Assembly (NCBI RefSeq): GCF_000341395.1
Contig: NC_020304.1
Coordinates: 2,910,001 to 2,942,000, forward strand
DNA from: Desulfocapsa sulfexigens DSM 10523
GTDB taxonomy: Bacteria; Desulfobacterota; Desulfobulbia; Desulfobulbales; Desulfocapsaceae
Length of the DNA: 32,000 bases
Reading direction: 5' to 3'
Positions 26,605 to 32,000 of the stretch are shown one piece after another. How positions within the stretch are numbered: position 1 is the stretch's first letter; each line of letters opens with the position of its first letter. Position numbers and translations under genes: made by a program. Below the pieces are notes generated by a model. It made no database searches and was not told where the DNA came from. It saw only the letters and a list, made by a program, of their open reading frames with translations.

Positions 26605-28715
26605 AATTCGACCCTCCTCTTAGGATTACGGACACTGCGGCGCACGAGAACAAAAGACTCACAAAGATTTATTGCACCTCCTGCCTGATCCCAGTCATCA
26701 AGCTTGCCAATCATTAATTTCTGGTCACTGATTCCGGCGTGGTAAGAGCGGGTCTGCAATGGAATCTGCTTTCCGAATCCATGGACCATATAGACAGCTT
26801 CCGGATGAATGTAGTCTACAACGTGTGCATGCATTGGTCCTGAGTAACTTTCGTCTTCCGACGAAACGTTCACCAGGTCGCCATTGGCGATACCAAGTTT
26901 GTCGGCAGCCCTTGTATTAATCCACAGACTGTTTTCGGGCATCAGCTCCGACAAGAGCGGGTTGTTTGTCGTGTGACCATGACTGTGCACTGCGGAACGC
27001 CCGTACACCAGCCTGAACATACCCTTAGGTGGTTTAATGGGGGACTGATATTCCTTTAAAGAGGGTAGGCCGGCATCTTCCAGTTTTTTACTGATGATTT
27101 CAATTTTCCCGGATGGGGTATTAAACTGTCCTTCCAGTTTTAGAGGATCATACATTATGGGTTCGTCTGTGAGTGGAACAAAACCTTTCGCATCAAAATC
27201 AGCAATTGTAAATCCTGTCGGCTCCAGTTGCCAGCTCCAGAGTTCCTCTGCGCTGTTGTATGGGAAGTACTCTCCGATATCAACTCTTTCTGCCAGCTGT
27301 TTAAATATCCACCAGCCTGGTTTTGTGTCAAATTCCGGTTCCACGGCTCGTTTTCGTATGGCAAGACGAGGTTTTAAACTTTTCTGCACACAGATGGTAC
27401 TTTCCCGTTCCAGATAAGTTGACTCCGGGAGTATAACGTCTGAAAACCAGCCGAATTCACTGTAATGGGTGTCAATGGAAACCAGAAGGTCACAGTGTTC
27501 AAAGGACATTTTCTGACGCTGCGGATCGGGCATTCCGGAGAATGGGTCGTGCCGCATTGCGATCCAGGCTTTAACAGGATAGGGATCCTCTTTTTCCATG
27601 GCATCGAAAAACAGGTGAGCGAGACCCGGCCCTTTATCAAAATGCTTATATTTCCAGCCGACACCATCAGCACGTTTTATATCTGGTTTTGGACAGTCAA
27701 GTGCCCGAAGTCCTTTTACGCCACAGTCCCCAGGGCCTTTAGGGATAAGGAGTCCACCCTTCTGTTCAATATTCCCCATAAGAACATTTAAGATATGGAG
27801 ACCTCGACTGGCATAGAAAGAATCCTTGTAGCGGGACAGATTCCAGCCAGGGTGAAAAATCACCTTTGGCATTGCTGGTATTATTTCGTCAATAAAGGCA
27901 TGGATGGCCTTTGCTTTGATACCACATTCCTTTGCCGCCCAGTCCGGGGTGTACTGTTCTACGAAATACGTAAGTTCATCAAAACCAGAGACATAGCGTT
28001 CGACAAAATCAGCATCGTAGGCATCTCTTCTGATCAGTTCATGAATCATCGCAAGGATAAGGGCGTAGTCTGTCCCTGGTCTTACCTGAAAAAAACGATC
28101 CGCCTTGATTCCTGTCATAGTCTGGCGAACGTCAACATAGGTCAGTTTTCCGCCATTTTCCAGCATATCCATAGTCTGGAGGTTTTCACCAATACGCAGT
28201 GAGGCAAACATATTACGGCCGAAGAGGATCAGATGTTTTGCGTTTTTTATGTCATAGATAAAACCTTTACGTCCTACGCCATTAATGGAAAGACTTGCAT
28301 GGTGAGTGTTTCGTCCGCAGGTGCAGTCATGGTTGGTGTAGTTTGGAGATCCAAAGGCATGGATAAATGTTTTATACATATTTTGCCATGGGCCACCCCT
28401 TGATGAAAGAACCACGGATTCCGGACCATATTCAGTTTTGATCTTTTTCAATTTATTACTGATATAATCAAGTGCCGTCGGCCAGCTGACTTTCTGCCAG
28501 CGTCCCTCACCGCGGGCTCCCTCTCTAATGAGAGGTTGCTGCGGTCTTTCACGGTCAGCAACAAGAGCAGGCCCTGCAGATCCCTTGGCACAGAGAGCGC
28601 CACCGAGGATATGCTGGTTTCCTTCTATCCATGTTACTTTATTATTTTCTGACTCCACGCGGATGGGACAGCGCACGGTGCACATCCCACACATGGAGTA
28701 AACAGATTTTTTCAT
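26601..28715 (-). CDS. Molybdopterin oxidoreductase catalytic subunit (PsrA/PhsA-type superfamily), no Tat signal
   Basis: N-terminal [4Fe-4S] motif CGMCTVRC...CAKG, YTNHDCTCGRN, IGENLQTMDMLENGGKLTYVDVR, HPGWNLSRYKDS, FNTPSGKIEI; ATGA overlap with the Fe-S subunit gene. Confidence 0.92.
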   Translation of the reverse strand: MKKSVYSMCGMCTVRCPIRVESENNKVTWIEGNQHILGGALCAKGSAGPALVADRERPQQPLIREGARGEGRWQKVSWPTALDYISNKLKKIKTEYGPESVVLSSRGGPWQNMYKTFIHAFGSPNYTNHDCTCGRNTHHASLSINGVGRKGFIYDIKNAKHLILFGRNMFASLRIGENLQTMDMLENGGKLTYVDVRQTMTGIKADRFFQVRPGTDYALILAMIHELIRRDAYDADFVERYVSGFDELTYFVEQYTPDWAAKECGIKAKAIHAFIDEIIPAMPKVIFHPGWNLSRYKDSFYASRGLHILNVLMGNIEQKGGLLIPKGPGDCGVKGLRALDCPKPDIKRADGVGWKYKHFDKGPGLAHLFFDAMEKEDPYPVKAWIAMRHDPFSGMPDPQRQKMSFEHCDLLVSIDTHYSEFGWFSDVILPESTYLERESTICVQKSLKPRLAIRKRAVEPEFDTKPGWWIFKQLAERVDIGEYFPYNSAEELWSWQLEPTGFTIADFDAKGFVPLTDEPIMYDPLKLEGQFNTPSGKIEIISKKLEDAGLPSLKEYQSPIKPPKGMFRLVYGRSAVHSHGHTTNNPLLSELMPENSLWINTRAADKLGIANGDLVNVSSEDESYSGPMHAHVVDYIHPEAVYMVHGFGKQIPLQTRSYHAGISDQKLMIGKLDDWDQAGGAINLCESFVLVRRSVRNPKRRVEL

Positions 28716-28748
28716 TTGAATTCCTCCTCTAAAGAAAACCGATCTGAT

Positions 28749-29372
28749 TTACTTGGCAGCAACCACATGATTAATATTCAACTCCTTTATTATTTTGTTG
28801 CGTCTGTGTCGTTCAATTGCTTTTTTTAGAAATGTCCAGCCAATGTAGGAGGACACGAGTGAGACTAAATAGAAAAACAGAGATCCAATAAACACGGGGT
28901 CTCCGCTGGATGAGCCAAACTGCACAATGTACTCCCTACCGGTGAGTTCCATCAGCCTTTCAGGTCGATAATATGCATTTACATAGGACAGCACCATCAG
29001 GATTGGTAGATACATTGTGGCAAAACTCATTAACAGACCTTCAAGAAAATAATCATAATAGGCACGGTTAAGTTTTGCCTGATCAATGTTTTTTGCCATC
29101 CGTGATCCCTTTTCACGGTCTTCACAACGCATTGCCTCCTCTCTGACACCAAGCCAGTAGTTGAACTCTTCTTCCAGCATGATATGCCTTTTAGTGCGAC
29201 ATTTTTTCCCAAGAAACTTGGTGGAGAAAACTGTAGTGAGGGCAAGTAGTACAAGTATGAAAGCCGGTCCGGTGAGGTTGTGAATCGGGGAAAGCAGATT
29301 ATCAACCATTGCTGCAAAAGAAAGAATGGCGGAGTAAATATACTCCCACATGATATCTAAGAAACGTTCCAT
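28749..29372 (-). CDS. 207-aa integral membrane protein; topology resembles DUF106/EMC3/TMCO1 (Oxa1 superfamily)
   Basis: TM1 GPAFILVLLALTTVFSTKFL, charged cytosolic helical stretch, TM2 LLMSFATMYLPILMVLSYVNAYY, TM3 GSLFFYLVSLVSSYIGWTFLKK. Confidence 0.75.
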   Translation of the reverse strand: MERFLDIMWEYIYSAILSFAAMVDNLLSPIHNLTGPAFILVLLALTTVFSTKFLGKKCRTKRHIMLEEEFNYWLGVREEAMRCEDREKGSRMAKNIDQAKLNRAYYDYFLEGLLMSFATMYLPILMVLSYVNAYYRPERLMELTGREYIVQFGSSSGDPVFIGSLFFYLVSLVSSYIGWTFLKKAIERHRRNKIIKELNINHVVAAK

Positions 29373-29405
29373 GGTGTATCCATCAGCTTAATAATAAGTG
29401 GAAAC

Positions 29406-29433
29406 TGGTTCACAACCCTTAAGTTGTGAACCA
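29406..29433 (-). other. Perfect 11-bp inverted repeat in the intergenic gap (mRNA stem-loop candidate)
   Basis: TGGTTCACAAC-CCTTAA-GTTGTGAACCA. Confidence 0.6.
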
Positions 29434-29462
29434 ATTTCATTTAATGGGTCTGACTGTTATCC

Positions 29463-31187
29463 CTAGATCCAGTACTCAATCTTGAGGAAACGGAAGAACA
29501 GGAAGAATAATGTACAGGCAAGAACGATCTTGAGCGTTTTCTCACTGAACATCTTCTGACAACGACTACCAAGCATACCACCTGCAAAACCACCGATGAT
29601 GATTGCTCCTGCTAGTACCATATCAGGGAGATATCCGTTCAGAACATATCCGATAAAAGAACCAATACTGGAGAAGCAGGTTCCGACGAGGGATATGGGA
29701 ACGGCAACATACATTGGAAGGGCGGCAATTGTGGTCATCATTGGAACGAGGAGGAAGCCCCCACCAATACCAAATGCTCTGGAAACAATACCTACAATAA
29801 TACCAAGGATTGCAAAGAGCAGTGGATTGATACGGAATTCCTCGCCCCAGAATTTAAAGCGGTAATCGGTAATGCCGGTTTTGATCGGTTCGATGGAACC
29901 CATTTCCATTGCTTCACCGGTTTCTTTTGCTTTTTTGACTGCAGCGTTGAACTTCTGGGTCATAGCCTTGATGTTCTTCCGCTTGTTCATTGCACCGGGA
30001 GTCAGTTCCATAAGAGTCTTGATACCCATGATAACAACCAGAACACCAAGCCACTCTTTATAGGCAGTCATGGAGACATATTGGGTCACATATGTACCTA
30101 ACCAGATGGAACCGATAAAAATACCTGCACCAAAAGAAAGACCAACCGGCCAGGCAACACGTTTCTCAACCACGGCAAAACGGTAAAAGGAACCAAGTGG
30201 AGAGAACAGGGTAAGGGCGATATTTGATGGACGAAGAACGTTGGCAGCATTGATACCTACGGGACCAGCTGTCTGAACAAACAAAGCCTGGAAAGCACCC
30301 ATCAACATACCACCGGCAGCACCGATCATTGAAAAATAGGTACCAACAAGAATAGCACCGATAACCACGACCAGAGGATTCATGTAACGATAGCCTTTCG
30401 CAAGCCAGAAACCGTTCTTTTCTATGGTGTAAGATCCGCTTTTGGTGCCGTTTACATATACATCAAAACCGGTGTCAGGCGCGGTATGACGAAATGATTT
30501 GAAAGAGGCTTTGAAATTTCCGGTGGCTTTGTCGAGATTTATGGATGTGCCCTTATCCCAGTAATTACCGCTTGAGGCATCGCCGATGACGGAGCGGGCA
30601 AAAATGACAACTTTACCCTTTTTATTCCCTTCTTTAACAACGGTATCTATACCATATGAATTCTCGTGGCCCCACTTGAACATATTCCACTGTTCAGCGG
30701 TTTTGATTGGACCAAGCATGTCTTTGGCGGCAACCTCATCAAAATTCTTTTTCAGCTTGAACATTGTGGTGTTGTAGAGTCCCTGGCCTTTTTTAAAGAG
30801 AAAGGAGGGGCCACCAAATTTCTTATCAACATCACTACCAAAAGCTTCTCTGTTGGTTGTCAACATGTAGTAAAGAGGGGGAATCTCAGTATCCATTGTA
30901 AAACCGGCCTTTTCACCATTCTGAGGCAGCTTCTTTTTTTCGTAGGTGCCGACGGATGATTGTCCGGCAAATTCTGTGACATTACCTTTGAACATTGCCT
31001 GCTGTGCAACAGCGATATAAAGGTCCTGGCCTGGCTCAATTTGTCCCTCTATGGTAATCGTGTCACCAGCCTTGTATTTATCTGCTGAGACTGTAGCACC
31101 GGCAAATGAACTGCTTTGCAAGGCTAAAAGCCAGATTGAAATCACCATCAAGGATATTGATAGTTGCTTGCATTTCATCATCTTCAT
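29463..31187 (-). CDS. TauE/SafE-family permease with large N-terminal extracytoplasmic domain
   Basis: 574 aa; signal peptide, ~230-aa soluble N-terminal region, TauE repeats MIGAAGGMLMGAFQALFV and GIGGGFLLVPMMTTIAALPMYVAVPISLVGT; AAGGAGAT SD. Confidence 0.88.
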   Translation of the reverse strand: MKMMKCKQLSISLMVISIWLLALQSSSFAGATVSADKYKAGDTITIEGQIEPGQDLYIAVAQQAMFKGNVTEFAGQSSVGTYEKKKLPQNGEKAGFTMDTEIPPLYYMLTTNREAFGSDVDKKFGGPSFLFKKGQGLYNTTMFKLKKNFDEVAAKDMLGPIKTAEQWNMFKWGHENSYGIDTVVKEGNKKGKVVIFARSVIGDASSGNYWDKGTSINLDKATGNFKASFKSFRHTAPDTGFDVYVNGTKSGSYTIEKNGFWLAKGYRYMNPLVVVIGAILVGTYFSMIGAAGGMLMGAFQALFVQTAGPVGINAANVLRPSNIALTLFSPLGSFYRFAVVEKRVAWPVGLSFGAGIFIGSIWLGTYVTQYVSMTAYKEWLGVLVVIMGIKTLMELTPGAMNKRKNIKAMTQKFNAAVKKAKETGEAMEMGSIEPIKTGITDYRFKFWGEEFRINPLLFAILGIIVGIVSRAFGIGGGFLLVPMMTTIAALPMYVAVPISLVGTCFSSIGSFIGYVLNGYLPDMVLAGAIIIGGFAGGMLGSRCQKMFSEKTLKIVLACTLFFLFFRFLKIEYWI

Positions 31188-31329
31188 ATCTCCTTTTTTT
31201 GATTAATATAACCAGAGTGAAGCCCTATCGTACGTAGCTTCTCTTGTGCTCCTTCTGTTAAAGATCCCTTTTAATTCCTGGTTTCTACCTCCTTTTTAAT
31301 AGTCGCTGTTATCAAGATGTGTGGAAAGC

Positions 31330-31695
31330 TCATCTGGCGAGGTTGAGTACCTTTTCCACCTTCTCTTCAAGTTCATCACGATCAATAGGTTTCACACAAT
31401 ATTCATCGGCGCCCAGGCTGATAGCCTCACGGGCGGTTTCTACGGTCGGATATCCGGTAAGCATGATCACCCGAATGGAAGGATCAATTTTTTTTAGAAT
31501 TGCCAGGACCTCAACTCCATTCATCTTTTTTAACTTTATATCGAGAATGGCCAGGTCGATTTTGTGCATTTCAGCATGGGTAATGGCATCCTCTTCTTCT
31601 GTGAAGGTGTGAACTGTATGTCCTTTTTTACGAAGAATTTTTCCTATGAGCACTGTTGCATCGCGGATATCATCAAGGGTTATGATCTCTGCCAT
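31330..31695 (-). CDS. Single-domain response regulator (receiver only)
   Basis: IITLDDIRDA, LAILDIKLKKMNGVEVL, VIMLTGYPTVETAREAISLGADEYCVKPI; GAGG SD. Confidence 0.9.
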   Translation of the reverse strand: MAEIITLDDIRDATVLIGKILRKKGHTVHTFTEEEDAITHAEMHKIDLAILDIKLKKMNGVEVLAILKKIDPSIRVIMLTGYPTVETAREAISLGADEYCVKPIDRDELEEKVEKVLNLAR

Positions 31696-31708
31696 ATGTA
31701 CCTCTGAG

Positions 31709-32000
31709 TTACTGGTTCTTAGGTTTAAGGGTATCGCTATCCCTTTCGTCCGATATAGCTGGAAGGGTAACGTGAAAAGCTGTTCCGCCAGGGGATTTTC
31801 CGGTTTCGTTGTCAGTAACAGGAGACTCTATATCTATTCTTCCCTCGTGTTCCTGAATGATGCCGTAGGAGACTGAAAGACCAAGACCGGTACCTTTGCC
31901 AACGGGTTTGGTCGTGAAGAATGGGTCAAAAATAGAGGAAAGAATTTTTTCAGGTATACCGTGTCCGGTATCCATGACTGTTGCTATAACTTCTCTGCTG
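31709..32000 (-). CDS. Histidine kinase, C-terminal HATPase_c fragment running off the right edge
   Basis: [50 protein letters not shown]; the frame stays open to the window edge (...[12 protein letters not shown]). Confidence 0.9.
   Translation of the reverse strand, partial: SREVIATVMDTGHGIPEKILSSIFDPFFTTKPVGKGTGLGLSVSYGIIQEHEGRIDIESPVTDNETGKSPGGTAFHVTLPAISDERDSDTLKPKNQ

Noticed and set aside
29406-29433. Inverted repeat considered as a Rex operator
   Set aside because: Rex sites read TTGTGAA...TTCACAA; here the half-sites are in the opposite order (TTCACAA...TTGTGAA), so the match fails.

Overview
This 32 kb window looks like ordinary chromosome from a Desulfobulbaceae-like Desulfobacterota bacterium; the taxonomy is inferred from gene content only. 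I see no rRNA, tRNA, CRISPR array, transposase or phage genes. Housekeeping genes: rsmA/ksgA, tsaD, moaA, pheA, an HU gene, uvrB, a DUF374 acyltransferase, a cbiA-type gene, an Fe-ADH and two tandem DUF2062 genes. Three areas deserve attention. (1) ~10-9300: a sensor histidine kinase diverges from an SLC13/RCK permease, an NhaD-type Na+/H+ antiporter, an orphan HigA-like HTH protein and a LonB/LonA-like protease. The protease has a complete CheY/NtrC-type receiver domain inserted between its helical region and the Walker A motif. A Usp-like gene and a small membrane protein gene follow. The divergent intergenic region and the usp upstream region both carry the same palindrome, RTTRC(A/T)-N3-TGYAA(C/T/A), next to sigma54 -24/-12-like elements, which suggests one enhancer-binding-protein regulon. 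(2) 17992-19973: a DUF39/HcyBio homocysteine-biosynthesis homologue followed by a LarE-like sulfurtransferase that seems to start at a non-canonical CTG codon missed by the ORF track. (3) 25843-32000: two-component genes, a TauE/SafE permease with a large extracytoplasmic N-terminal domain, a 207-aa DUF106/EMC3-like membrane protein, a molybdopterin oxidoreductase without a Tat signal, a 4x[4Fe-4S] subunit and a small protein. This looks like an uncharacterised sulfur-oxyanion module. The best candidate for an undescribed system is the receiver-Lon locus.
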